Position numbers and translations under genes: made by a program
The notes under the pieces: model-generated
Database searches by the model: none
What the model was told of the DNA's origin: nothing
The model's input: the letters and a program-made list of their open reading frames with translations, nothing else
Shown: positions 8,390 through 16,833 of the stretch, one piece after another
Layout: each line of letters begins with the position of its first letter
Numbering within the stretch: position 1 is the first letter of the stretch
Origin: Bacillota bacterium
Lineage (GTDB): Bacteria > Bacillota > Limnochordia > JAAZLZ01
DNA length: 45,686 nt
Reading direction: 5' to 3'
NCBI GenBank assembly: GCA_012522085.1
Contig: JAAYLE010000124.1
Location: 1-45,686, forward strand

Positions 8390-8854
8390 TTACAGCTTGG
8401 GCAACAGGTCAGCCATTTCGATGGCCGCCAAGGCCGCATCCCAGCCCTTGTTGCCGGCCTTTGTGCCTGCCCGTTCGATGGCTTGCTCAATGGTATCGGC
8501 GGTGATGATGCCGAAAATGACGGGAAGGCTGGCATCCAGGCTGACTTTGGCTACGCCTTTTGCCGTCTCATTGGCCACATATTCAAAATGGGGGGTTGCT
8601 CCCCGGATCACGGCTCCGAGACAAATGACGGCATCATAGCGTTTGGAGGCAGCCATGCGCTGGGCAGCTAAGGGGATCTCGAAGGCCCCGGGGACCCAGA
8701 CTACCTCAACGTTCTCCTCCGCGCCTCCGTGCCGCAGGAGGGCATCGAGGCATCCATCCAACAAACGAGTGGTGATGAATTCGTTAAACCGTCCGACGAC
8801 AATCCCAAACCGTTTGCCAGCAGCATTTAGTTGACCTTCATAGGACTTGTACAT
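8390..8854 (-). CDS. ribH: 6,7-dimethyl-8-ribityllumazine synthase
   Basis: 154-aa ORF with full-length RibH pattern ([50 protein letters not shown]). Last gene of the rib operon. Confidence 0.95.
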   Translation of the reverse strand: MYKSYEGQLNAAGKRFGIVVGRFNEFITTRLLDGCLDALLRHGGAEENVEVVWVPGAFEIPLAAQRMAASKRYDAVICLGAVIRGATPHFEYVANETAKGVAKVSLDASLPVIFGIITADTIEQAIERAGTKAGNKGWDAALAAIEMADLLPKL

Positions 8855-8869
8855 ACCGGTACTCCTTTC

Positions 8870-10066
8870 TTACACATCATGGAGGAGATGGCCCATCCTC
8901 TGTTTCTTCGTCGCCAGATAGCAGCGGTTGTTTTTGTTCGGCGGGATCTCAATGGGAACCCGTTCCACAACTTTAAGATCATAGCCATCCAGGCCGACCA
9001 CTTTGCGGGGATTGTTGGTGAGCAGCCGGATCGTCTTCAGTCCCAGGTCCATCAAGATCTGGGCGCCGATGCCGTAGTCCCGCAGATCGGGGGGATAGCC
9101 CAGCTGTTCGTTGGCTTCCACCGTATCCGCACCTTCGTCTTGCAGCTCATAGGCCCGCAGCTTGTCTTTCAAGCCGATGCCGCGGCCCTCTTGGCGCATG
9201 TAGACCAGGACGCCGCACCCTTCCGCCTCGATCAATTCCAAAGCGCGGCTTAGCTGATCGCCGCAGTCGCAGCGTTCGGAACCGAACACATCACCCGTCA
9301 GGCACTGGGAGTGCATGCGCACCAAGACGTTTTCCTTGCCGGCCACATCACCTTTGACCAGGGCCAGGTGGCATTCCCCGTCCACAATGCTCTCATAGCC
9401 GATTAAGGTGAAATCTCCGTACCGAGTCGGCAGGTGAGGAGCAGCAACCCGCCTAACCAATCGTTCGCTCCGCAAACGGAACTTGATCAGGTCGGCCACC
9501 GAAATGATCTTCAGACCATGCTTCTTGGCGAACTCGAGCAGATCCGGCAACCGGGCCATGGTCCCGTCATCCTTCATTATCTCACAAATCACCCCTGCCG
9601 GGTAAAGGCCGGCCAGCCGGGCCAGGTCAACGGCCGCCTCCGTATGGCCCGCCCGCCTGAGGACCCCTCCCTCCTTGGCCCGGAGAGGGAAAATGTGGCC
9701 GGGCCGATTCAGGTCTTCAGGTGTAGTTGTCGGATCCACCAGAACCTTGATGGTCTGGGCCCGCTCATAGGCGCTAATGCCGGTAGTGACGCTCTTGGCA
9801 TCAACAGAGACGGTAAAGGCGGTCTTGAATGTGTCTGCGTATTCCGGCACCATGGGGGCGAGCTCCAGTTCGTCGACCCGCTCTGCTGTCAAAGGCACGC
9901 AGATCAGGCCGCGACCGTAAGTGGCCATGAAATTGACCGCTTCCGGAGTGACCTTCTCCGCAGCCATCAGCAGGTCCCCTTCGTTTTCCCTGTCCTCATC
10001 ATCAACGACGATGATCATTTGGCCATTGGCAATGGCTTCAATGGCATCAGTTACCTTGTCCAGCAC
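8870..10066 (-). CDS. ribBA: Bifunctional 3,4-dihydroxy-2-butanone-4-phosphate synthase / GTP cyclohydrolase II
   Basis: DHBP synthase motifs ([18 protein letters not shown]) and GCH-II motifs ([29 protein letters not shown]). I prefer GTG at 10066..10064, preceded by AAAGGAG at 8 nt and just after the ribE stop. The ORF track maximum is 10111. Confidence 0.95.
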   Translation of the reverse strand: MLDKVTDAIEAIANGQMIIVVDDEDRENEGDLLMAAEKVTPEAVNFMATYGRGLICVPLTAERVDELELAPMVPEYADTFKTAFTVSVDAKSVTTGISAYERAQTIKVLVDPTTTPEDLNRPGHIFPLRAKEGGVLRRAGHTEAAVDLARLAGLYPAGVICEIMKDDGTMARLPDLLEFAKKHGLKIISVADLIKFRLRSERLVRRVAAPHLPTRYGDFTLIGYESIVDGECHLALVKGDVAGKENVLVRMHSQCLTGDVFGSERCDCGDQLSRALELIEAEGCGVLVYMRQEGRGIGLKDKLRAYELQDEGADTVEANEQLGYPPDLRDYGIGAQILMDLGLKTIRLLTNNPRKVVGLDGYDLKVVERVPIEIPPNKNNRCYLATKKQRMGHLLHDV

Positions 10067-10083
10067 GACAATTACTCCTTTCT

Positions 10084-10725
10084 TCAGGCAAAACCCTGTT
10101 CCCGCAGCCAATCTAGTGTCATATTGGATTGTTTGCGTCCCTGGAGGAAATTCTCCACATACTTGCCGATGAGATCGCCTTCCAAATTAACCCTATCCCC
10201 GACTCGCCGCCGACCGATGGTCGTACAGCGGGCTGTGTGGGGAATCACGCCGACCACAAAGGAGCTGTCGCGGACTGAAGCGATCGTCAGACTCACGCCG
10301 TCGACGGCGACGGAGCCTTTGGCCACCAGGTAGGGGGCCACCTCCGGCGGTGCTGTGATCTCATACAGCAGCGCATTGCCTTCCTCGGTAATCCTGGTGA
10401 TGATGCCTGTCCCATCGATGTGGCCGGTGACCAAATGTCCGCCCAATCTGTCTCCCAAGGCTAGGGCCCGCTCCAAGTTGACGGGACTGCCAACCTGCAG
10501 CTCCCCGAGATTGCTCCGCCGCATGGACTCGGGCATCACATCGGCGGTAAAAGTGCTGTCGCTGAGGGCGGTGACTGTCAAACATAGGCCATTGACCGCG
10601 ACGGAATCGTCAATTTTCAAGTCCTCCATCACTTTGGCAGCCCTGATGGTGAGCCGATTGGTGTTTGGTCCGTGCTGCCAGCGAACAACGTAGCCGATTT
10701 CTTCAACAAGTCCTGTGAACAACAC
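10084..10725 (-). CDS. ribE: Riboflavin synthase alpha chain
   Basis: 213-aa ORF beginning [10 protein letters not shown], with the internal duplication typical of RibE (VNGLCLTV / VDGVSLTI). Confidence 0.95.
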   Translation of the reverse strand: MLFTGLVEEIGYVVRWQHGPNTNRLTIRAAKVMEDLKIDDSVAVNGLCLTVTALSDSTFTADVMPESMRRSNLGELQVGSPVNLERALALGDRLGGHLVTGHIDGTGIITRITEEGNALLYEITAPPEVAPYLVAKGSVAVDGVSLTIASVRDSSFVVGVIPHTARCTTIGRRRVGDRVNLEGDLIGKYVENFLQGRKQSNMTLDWLREQGFA

Positions 10726-11788
10726 CTTCCCTCCTTAGGTAGCCTTCCACGAGGATGTCTTCCTCCACCCGGCATACCTGAAGATCATACAAGGGCTGGG
10801 CATCCCGCAGCTGATCGACCCCGACGCCCCCGACCGGGGTGGGCGCGCCCTCCCCGCCGATGATCAAAGGGGCCAGGAAAAACATCACCTTATCCACAAT
10901 GCCTGCCTGGATCGCGGCCGCATTCAGCCCGGCGCCTCCCTCTAGCAATACACTAGTTATCTCCCTATCGGCCAAAGCTTTGGCCAGCTCGATCAAGTCA
11001 ACCTTCGGGCCGGGGAACAGGATCATCTCCACATGGGGGGGCAGGGGAGGATCGGCCTTCGTTGTGGCCAAGATGACCCGGCCTGGATCGAACACGCGGG
11101 CCGTTGGGGGGACTCGCCGCTGGGAGTCGATGATCACCCGGATAGGGTCTCGTCCTCCCTCGGGTAGGCGGGTAGTCAGCCGCGGGTTGTCCGCACAGAC
11201 GGTGCCGCTGCCTACCATGATGGCATCGACTTCATCCCGGAGCTGATGGGTCAGTCGGCGGGAGGAGGCGCTTGAGATCCAGCGGGCATCCCCAGTCTTG
11301 GTGGCGATCTTGCCGTCCAAGCTCATGGCTGTCTTCATGATGACGAAGGGGAAGCCTGTGGCCATGTACTTGATGAAAACCTCATTCAGCTTGGCTGCCT
11401 GCTCAGCCCCAAGGCCCACCGACACCTCAACGCCAGCTTCCCGCAGCCGGGCAATCCCTCGCCCACAGACCAAGGGATTAGGATCGGTTATGCTGGCATA
11501 GACCTTCTTAATGCCCGCTTGGATGATGGCCTCCACACAGGGAGGAGTCCGGCCATAATGGGAGCAGGGCTCCAGGTTGACGTAAAGATCGGCGCCCTTG
11601 GCCAGTTCGCCAGCGCACCTGAGAGCCACCACTTCGGCGTGGGCCCTCCCCGCTCGCTCATGGAAGCCTTCCCCGACTATTTGCCCGTCCTTGACGACTA
11701 CTGCACCGACCATTGGATTGGGACTAGTGCGTCCCCGGCCCCGGGCCGCCAGCTCCAAGGCCCGAGCCATGAAATCGCCCTGCTGCAT
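10703..11788 (-). CDS. ribD: Bifunctional diaminohydroxyphosphoribosylaminopyrimidine deaminase / 5-amino-6-(5-phosphoribosylamino)uracil reductase
   Basis: 361-aa ORF. Deaminase zinc motifs HAEV and PCSHYGRTPPC, then a reductase domain. First gene after the FMN riboswitch; SD GGAGGG. Confidence 0.95.
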   Translation of the reverse strand: MQQGDFMARALELAARGRGRTSPNPMVGAVVVKDGQIVGEGFHERAGRAHAEVVALRCAGELAKGADLYVNLEPCSHYGRTPPCVEAIIQAGIKKVYASITDPNPLVCGRGIARLREAGVEVSVGLGAEQAAKLNEVFIKYMATGFPFVIMKTAMSLDGKIATKTGDARWISSASSRRLTHQLRDEVDAIMVGSGTVCADNPRLTTRLPEGGRDPIRVIIDSQRRVPPTARVFDPGRVILATTKADPPLPPHVEMILFPGPKVDLIELAKALADREITSVLLEGGAGLNAAAIQAGIVDKVMFFLAPLIIGGEGAPTPVGGVGVDQLRDAQPLYDLQVCRVEEDILVEGYLRREGVVHRTC

Positions 11789-11800
11789 CTGTTTCCCTCC

Positions 11801-11990
11801 AAATAATTAACGGGCCCAGAGAACCTCCGGGCCCGCGGAAGACAAGGCTATTGTCGACCTTCTCCCATCCAGACTGTTACTGTCGGCTTTGGATTTGCAC
11901 CAAATCAACCCCGAAAGGGGCTTGCGGGCTGAGCCAAAAGGCATCACCGCCGGTCGGGAATTGCACCCTGCCCTGAAGGTTCCTCTGTTC
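11801..11990 (-). promoter_or_regulatory. FMN riboswitch (RFN element) with intrinsic terminator expression platform
   Basis: The minus strand reads ACCUUCAGGGCAGGGUGCAAUUCCCGACCGGCGGUGAUG...AGCCCGCAAGCC...GGUGCAAAUCCAAAGCCGACAGUAACAGUCUGGAUGGGAGAAGGU (aptamer about 11857..11980; P1 is ACCUUC/GAAGGU). This matches the B. subtilis ribD leader consensus. It is followed by CGGGCCCGGAG-guuc-CUCUGGGCCCG plus UUAAUUAUUU (11801..11845). Confidence 0.92.
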
Positions 11991-11997
11991 ACTATTG

Positions 11998-12026
11998 ATT
12001 ATATGTCACTGGGGCCGTCTCGACAA
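11998..12026 (-). promoter_or_regulatory. Putative sigma-A promoter of the rib operon
   Basis: Minus strand reads TTGTCG, 17 nt, TATAAT, ending about 8 nt before the first riboswitch nucleotides. Confidence 0.55.
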
Positions 12027-12051
12027 CCCCCTGGCAAAAGTCTCCCGAAAG

Positions 12052-13146
12052 CTAGGCCTCCCCCTGGTCCAAAGGGATATGGGACTTGGTGTACCAAATG
12101 GCCTTGGCGATGATGGCCAGGATCGGGCCAATGAAGGCCCCCTTCAGGCCAAAGAAGACTACTCCTGTGTAGAGGGCCGCCAGCATAGCTAGGGGATGAA
12201 TCCCAACAGCATCCCCAAAAAGTTTGGGCTGGAGTGATTGGCGCATCAGGAAGATAACGCCGTACAAGACTAAGACTCCTAGCCCCTTGGAATGGTGACC
12301 GAAGAGAAAGCTGAACGCGCTCCAGGGAAAAATGATCAACCCTGGACCGATGGCCGGCACCAGATCCACAATGCCGATGACTAGTGCCAGGGTCATCCAA
12401 TACCTGACCTTGAGGAGGACCAAACCGACGGCAGCCACGATGGTGCTCAGCATCAGGAGGAAGACTTGGGCCCGGATGAAGCCGATCAAATCGACCAAGA
12501 TCCGGTCCTTGGCCATGGTCATCCAGGATTGCCAGCGGGGCGGCGCCAGACTGGTGATGGTGTCCGTCAAGATGTCTTTGTCCTTTGATAGGAAATAGGT
12601 TGCCAGGAAAGTGATAATGACCATGAAGCCGATATTGGCCGAAAAAGTAATGGCGCCCAAGAAGCGATTGATGATGTTGCGGGCGAAATCCTCAGATGTC
12701 TTGAGGAAGTTGTGAAGCCCCTGCTGGATATTCTCGCTGATGGGCCCTGGCAAAGACTGGTGCAGTTCTTGCAATTTCACCAGGAGCTGCTGACTCATTT
12801 CGATCATGGTCAAGCGATACGCGGGCAGGAGCCTGCCAAGCTCCACCAGCTCAGCCACCATGCGGGTGATGATGGTGATCAGGGAGTAGCTGGTAAGAAG
12901 GGCTAGCACCACCAAGACGACGAACACAGCCATGCCCCGGGGCATCCTCGCCTTATCTTGGAGAAAAGCAACCGCCGGCTCGATGGAGCCTGCGAGAATG
13001 AACGCGATGAAAAAGGGGAGAATGCTGGTCAGGAGCGGTTGGCTATAGTATAGGGCGATGGCTAGCGGTATGATCGGGAGCAATCGTCGATAATTAAGGG
13101 CCAATTTTCCGAAAACCTCCGTCCCTAGAGGTGCAAGCTGACTCAA
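12052..13146 (-). CDS. AI-2E family transporter, YtvI-like sporulation integral membrane protein
   Basis: 364-aa polytopic ORF with AI-2E/PerM-type layout and a C-terminal conserved block (IVDLVPAIGPGLIIFPW, LYTGVVFFGLKGAFIGPIL). Confidence 0.8.
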   Translation of the reverse strand: MSQLAPLGTEVFGKLALNYRRLLPIIPLAIALYYSQPLLTSILPFFIAFILAGSIEPAVAFLQDKARMPRGMAVFVVLVVLALLTSYSLITIITRMVAELVELGRLLPAYRLTMIEMSQQLLVKLQELHQSLPGPISENIQQGLHNFLKTSEDFARNIINRFLGAITFSANIGFMVIITFLATYFLSKDKDILTDTITSLAPPRWQSWMTMAKDRILVDLIGFIRAQVFLLMLSTIVAAVGLVLLKVRYWMTLALVIGIVDLVPAIGPGLIIFPWSAFSFLFGHHSKGLGVLVLYGVIFLMRQSLQPKLFGDAVGIHPLAMLAALYTGVVFFGLKGAFIGPILAIIAKAIWYTKSHIPLDQGEA

Positions 13147-13598
13147 TCTTCAACGCGCAGCCGGATGCCCGCCTCTTGCAAGCAGGCGGCAGTCACGCCC
13201 GGTCCGGACCTTAGCTTTCGCTGAAAGGTTCCATCGTAAATCAGATCCCGGCCGCAAGAGGGGCTCCGGCCTTTTAGGAGAGCTTCCGTGGCCCCGAATA
13301 GACGGGCTAAGTGCAATGTTTCCCGAGCTCCCCGGATATAGGCTGCGGTCACGTCTTCTCCCCGCTCGTTAATCACCCTAGCCTTGCCGGCCAAGACGTC
13401 GTGACCGTCGCCGCCCTGGATTTCCGCCGGAGGACGGGGAGTGGGGAGTCCCCCTAATTGCTCCGGGCAGACGGGCAAAGCAAGGCCGGCGCGAACAAGC
13501 CCTTCGATGCGGGGATCGGTCTTTGCATCCCCATCATAACGGCATCGGACTCCAGCAAGACATGCGCTGACGATGTATCTGCTGCCCATACCCTCCAC
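13143..13598 (-). CDS. DUF523 (YbbK/TudS-like) protein
   Basis: 151-aa ORF with SACLAGVRCRYDG, CPEQLGGLPTPRPPAEI and SPSCG, the Cys pattern of DUF523. It overlaps the downstream gene by 4 nt. Confidence 0.85.
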   Translation of the reverse strand: MEGMGSRYIVSACLAGVRCRYDGDAKTDPRIEGLVRAGLALPVCPEQLGGLPTPRPPAEIQGGDGHDVLAGKARVINERGEDVTAAYIRGARETLHLARLFGATEALLKGRSPSCGRDLIYDGTFQRKLRSGPGVTAACLQEAGIRLRVED

Positions 13599-13604
13599 CT
13601 ACAT

Positions 13605-13634
13605 CAAAAGCCCCGCCAAAGTCCGGGGCTTTTG
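13605..13634. terminator. Bidirectional-looking intrinsic terminator after the zinc-ribbon gene
   Basis: AAAAGCCCCG-ccaaaguc-CGGGGCUUUUG has an A-tract on one side and a U-tract on the other. It lies 3 nt after the stop at 13637. Confidence 0.75.
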
Positions 13635-13636
13635 CA

Positions 13637-13849
13637 CTAAGAAGCTTTATCCTCCGCAGCCTTTGGTTCAGACTTGCGATTGTCGGTGCAGTAGAATCCC
13701 GGGCCTTTGAAAAGGATGTTGATGTTGCGGCTGATCAGCCTGCGTACTTTGCCGCCGCAAGTGGGACAACTATCCAAGGGATCGGCGGTTATCTTTTGGA
13801 CAAGTTCAAAGTGACCGCAGTTGCTGCATTCGTACTCGTAGGTAGGCAT
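13637..13849 (-). CDS. FmdB-family zinc-ribbon protein (CxxC...CxxC)
   Basis: MPTYEYECSNCGHFELVQKITADPLDSCPTCGGKVRRLISR is the canonical FmdB/CxxC_CxxC_SSSS N-terminus. ATG 13849..13847 with SD GGGAGGTG. The longer 102-aa ORF in the track has no support upstream of this start. Confidence 0.88.
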   Translation of the reverse strand: MPTYEYECSNCGHFELVQKITADPLDSCPTCGGKVRRLISRNINILFKGPGFYCTDNRKSEPKAAEDKAS

Positions 13850-13896
13850 GGACACACCTCCCGAACAGATATTTGGATGGTTAGGCCCTAAGAAAA

Positions 13897-13925
13897 ATAA
13901 TACACTGAAAGGGAAGGGGATGCAA
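13897..13925 (-). promoter_or_regulatory. Putative sigma-A promoter of the zinc-ribbon gene
   Basis: Minus strand reads TTGCAT, 17 nt, TATTAT. Confidence 0.45.
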
Positions 13926-14136
13926 GGATAAAGGCGAACAAACAAACGTTTGTCCGCCTGAGTGGGGGGGATAACCTGTATAATAGACTTGTGGGCACAT
14001 TCACATCTCTTGCAATCTCAGCATACCACATCGTGCCGATTAGATCAAGGATTTTCTTGGGCTTTGTGAGAAAAAAGGGGATCGGCTTCAAGGAGCAGAA
14101 TTCCAGACTTGGAGGTTTTGAGGAGGAGGGCTCTAA

Positions 14137-14712
14137 TTGGCCAAAGTAAAGAAACAACCATTTACTGCGCTGTATCCTGCTCCCGCAGTGATGGTCAGCT
14201 GCTGTGAAGGAGCAGGCGGTAGACCGAACATCATCACCTTGGCTTGGGTGGGGACGCTCTGTTCCGAGCCGCCCATCATTGGGATCGGCATCAGGCCTCA
14301 CCGCTATTCCCACGGCTTGATCAAAAGATCGGGGGAGTTCGTGATCAACATCCCTTCGGCCGATCAAGTGAAAGCCCTGGATTATTGCGGGATCTACTCC
14401 GGTAAAGACGTAGACAAGTTCCAGGCCACGGGACTGACGCCCCAGCGCTCCCAGATGGTGACCCCTCCCGGAATCAGCGAATGCCCGGTGAATATTGAAT
14501 GCAAAGTCAAGGACATTATTTCCCTGGGCAGTCATGACCTTTTCCTTGGCGAGGTGGTCTTGGTCCAGGTAGAGCAAGAAGTGTTGACCCCGCGAGGCAG
14601 GATAGACTATAGTAAAGCCGGACCAATCGCCTACAACATTCCCGAGTACTGGGGGATGGGGGGGCTGTTGGGACTCCATGGACTGTCGCGTCGGAGTGGG
14701 GATCGGGTTTGA
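14137..14712 (+). CDS. Flavin reductase-like domain protein (flavoredoxin type)
   Basis: 191-aa ORF. NIITLAWVGTLCSEPPIIGIGIRPHRYSHGLI and GEFVINIPS are typical of the FMN-binding split-barrel flavin reductase family. Confidence 0.85.
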   Translation: MAKVKKQPFTALYPAPAVMVSCCEGAGGRPNIITLAWVGTLCSEPPIIGIGIRPHRYSHGLIKRSGEFVINIPSADQVKALDYCGIYSGKDVDKFQATGLTPQRSQMVTPPGISECPVNIECKVKDIISLGSHDLFLGEVVLVQVEQEVLTPRGRIDYSKAGPIAYNIPEYWGMGGLLGLHGLSRRSGDRV

Positions 14713-15167
14713 GGCTGGCTCGAAGCGCCCTGATCGCAGCCGTATACGTCATTTTAGTCTGGATCTTCGCGCCCATCAGCTTCGGCATGGTTCAATTTCG
14801 CATTGCGGAAGCCCTGACGGCTCTGCCGATTCTGATCCCAGAGGCGATTTGGGGGCTGTTCGTCGGGGTGATGCTGAGCAACATCCTAGGTGGGCTTGGT
14901 CCCTGGGACATTTTCGGCGGCAGCGGGGTGACTTTGTTGGCCGCGTGGCTCACCCGGCGTTTCCGTCACTCCTGGCTGGCCTATGCATGGCCCATCCTTT
15001 GCAATGCCTTCTTGGTCAGCGCGTATCTTCACCGGATTTTGGGTGTACCCTATTGGTTGACCGTCCTATCCGTTGGTTTTGGCGAGGCAGTGGTGGTCCT
15101 GGCCTTGGGGATTCCATTGGTCCGGCTGCTCTCCACTAGATTTAAAGGCTTGGTAGTAGATGATTAG
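14709..15167 (+). CDS. queT: Queuosine precursor transporter QueT (ECF S-component type)
   Basis: 152-aa membrane ORF. ALIAAVYVILVWIFAPISFGMVQFRIAEALTALP matches the QueT family N-terminus. The TTG start overlaps the TGA of the flavin reductase gene (gtTTGAgg). Confidence 0.8.
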   Translation: MRLARSALIAAVYVILVWIFAPISFGMVQFRIAEALTALPILIPEAIWGLFVGVMLSNILGGLGPWDIFGGSGVTLLAAWLTRRFRHSWLAYAWPILCNAFLVSAYLHRILGVPYWLTVLSVGFGEAVVVLALGIPLVRLLSTRFKGLVVDD

Positions 15168-15184
15168 CAATGGAGGTCGTCTTA

Positions 15185-15526
15185 ATGGATGGAATTATGT
15201 CTATGCTCCATGAATTCCTCTTAGAGGCGCTCACCTTGTTAGCGATCGTACTGGAGCTGATGGGGGTCTTCATTATTTTCCGCGCGGCCCTCGCGGCCTT
15301 CAGCCGGTATCTCAGCTCCCACAATGAGGGTATCAGTTTGTCCTTGGCTAGTGGACTAGCCTTGGGTCTCACCTTTTTCTTGGGAGCGGAGATTTTGCTG
15401 ACAGCCACCGCGCGGACCATACAGGAACTGGCTATGATTTGCGGCGTTTTCCTTCTCCGGGCGGTGATGAGCGTCCTCATCCATTGGGAAACGGGCCATC
15501 AGGCCGAAGGGAGCAGGGCCCATTGA
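15185..15526 (+). CDS. DUF1622 membrane protein
   Basis: Small three-TM ORF with the DUF1622-like core LLAIVLELMGVFIIFRAALAAFSRYL. ATG 15185 has GGAGG 8 nt upstream. The ORF track start is 15170. Confidence 0.7.
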   Translation: MDGIMSMLHEFLLEALTLLAIVLELMGVFIIFRAALAAFSRYLSSHNEGISLSLASGLALGLTFFLGAEILLTATARTIQELAMICGVFLLRAVMSVLIHWETGHQAEGSRAH

Positions 15527-15966
15527 AGGAAGTAACGGTTTACACCGATGGCGCGTGCGCGGGCAATCCAGGACCTGGCGGATGGGGCGCCGTCCTTTTG
15601 TATGACGGCCATATGAAAGAACTGTCCGGCTATGAAGAGTGGACGACTAACCAACGCATGGAGCTCACGGCCGCCATCGGCGCCCTCAAGGCCCTCAATC
15701 AAAGGTGCCGGGTGACCTTGTACTCGGACAGCGCCTATTTGATTAACGCCTTCCGGCAGAATTGGTTTCGCCAATGGTTGGCCAATGGTTGGCGCACCAC
15801 CCGGGGTAACAAGCCGGTGGAAAACAGGGACCTTTGGGAGCAGCTCCTGGCTCTCGACAAGATGCATCAGATCAAGTGGATCAAAGTGAAAGGTCACAGC
15901 GATAATAAATGGAATAATCGCTGTGACCAGTTGGCCCGGGAAGCTATCCAGCAGAACGCCCCTTAG
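15523..15966 (+). CDS. rnhA: Ribonuclease HI
   Basis: KEVTVYTDGACAGNPGPGGWGAVL, TNQRMELTA, YSDSAY, WIKVKGHSDNKWNNRCDQLA carry the RNase H DEDD residues. TTG 15523 overlaps the DUF1622 stop; SD GAAGGGAG. Confidence 0.9.
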   Translation: MKEVTVYTDGACAGNPGPGGWGAVLLYDGHMKELSGYEEWTTNQRMELTAAIGALKALNQRCRVTLYSDSAYLINAFRQNWFRQWLANGWRTTRGNKPVENRDLWEQLLALDKMHQIKWIKVKGHSDNKWNNRCDQLAREAIQQNAP

Positions 15967-16496
15967 CCGTCATGGCGAGGGGCCAGCCGCAAGTGAACGG
16001 CCAAAGGCCGGTAGAGAGCGTTGACGATGGCCGTGTAGGTGGGGATGAGAATGGCCTGGGTCAAGATGCGCAAGGGCAGATTGACCAGAATAGGAATGCC
16101 AAAGGCGTGATAGAGAACCCAGGGCATGACGATGATGCTAAGGACGATCTGGGTTACCCCGATGGTGGTGAAGATTTCATAAAAGCTAGGCCTAGTGTTG
16201 TGGCGCAGGATTAGTCCCGGAATGACTCCCGTCAAAGTGGCGATAACCGTGATTTGGGGAACGAAGGCGCTGCCCATAGGATTAATCGCAAACCCCAACA
16301 GGTCCGACGCCAGCCCCACCATTCCGCCCCAGAATGGTCCCAGCAAGATGCCGGCTAGAATGACGGGCACAGGGCCGAAACCTAAGCGCAGGGCGCCTAT
16401 TCCTCCCAAAGGAATCATGATGCTAAACAGACGAGTAGCGAGGATGTTCAAAGCGACGAGAAAAGAACCATAAACCATCTTTCTCGATTGGGACAA
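15963..16496 (-). CDS. folT: Folate-family ECF transporter S component
   Basis: About 177-aa six-TM ORF directly downstream of a THF riboswitch. The start is ambiguous. TTG 16496 lies 6 nt after GAGGTG (my choice), GTG 16505 lies inside the SD, and ATG 16478 is the third option. Confidence 0.8.
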   Translation of the reverse strand: MSQSRKMVYGSFLVALNILATRLFSIMIPLGGIGALRLGFGPVPVILAGILLGPFWGGMVGLASDLLGFAINPMGSAFVPQITVIATLTGVIPGLILRHNTRPSFYEIFTTIGVTQIVLSIIVMPWVLYHAFGIPILVNLPLRILTQAILIPTYTAIVNALYRPLAVHLRLAPRHDG

Positions 16497-16502
16497 AAAA
16501 AT

Positions 16503-16669
16503 CACCTCACTTTATTTGGCAGATGCTCCACATTTCGAAAGTGAGGTGTAAGCAACCCCGATTTTCTAGATGTGGCAGCGGACGCGGTGGCAAGCCGCAG
16601 GCCCGCGGGCCTTTCGTTTAGGGGCAACTTCCCATCCCCTAACACTTAACGCTTGACACCTACTCTGCC
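16503..16669 (-). promoter_or_regulatory. THF (tetrahydrofolate) riboswitch with an SD-sequestering hairpin
   Basis: The minus strand at 16669..16574 reads GGCAGAGUAGGUGUCAAGCGUUAAGUGUUAGGGGAUGGGAAGUUGCCCCUAAACGAAAGGCCCGCGGGCCUGCGGCUUGCCACCGCGUCCGCUGCC. It aligns block for block with the Eubacterium siraeum THF aptamer (GAGUAG, GCGUUAAGUG, AUGGGA.GU, ACGAA, UCCGCU.CC). Downstream, CACCUCACUUU (16548..16538) pairs with AAAGUGAGGUG (16513..16503), which contains the SD. Confidence 0.85.
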
Positions 16670-16678
16670 GTTAATCGA

Positions 16679-16707
16679 ATTATAGAAGAAAACTGGCGGG
16701 CGAACAA
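16679..16707 (-). promoter_or_regulatory. Putative sigma-A promoter of the THF riboswitch-folT unit
   Basis: Minus strand reads TTGTTC, 17 nt, TATAAT, ending 9 nt before the GGCAGAG of P1. Confidence 0.55.
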
Positions 16708-16833
16708 GGTAATATCTTGCTATTTCCTAGGATAGATCAGGGAAACCGTTCCTTTCCTCCTCTTCTTAGGGAGGAGCTGGGGGCAATATGCGGAAGTAGC
16801 TAGGGTAGAACGCACAGAATTGGAGTGGAGTCC

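Noticed and set aside
13950-14136. preQ1 riboswitch expected upstream of queT
   Set aside because: I could not find the preQ1-I or preQ1-II core sequences on the plus strand. Only a generic GGCAC...GTGCC pairing and a 12-bp palindrome are present, and about 11 such palindromes are expected by chance in 45 kb (N/4^6).
13888-14679. 263-aa minus-strand ORF across the flavin reductase gene and the upstream intergenic region
   Set aside because: It is antisense to a gene with a clear family match, it reads through a promoter region, and it has no SD or recognisable domain. The same reasoning applies to 4174..4848, 7741..8535, 30979..31689, 35930..36646 and 40597..41202.
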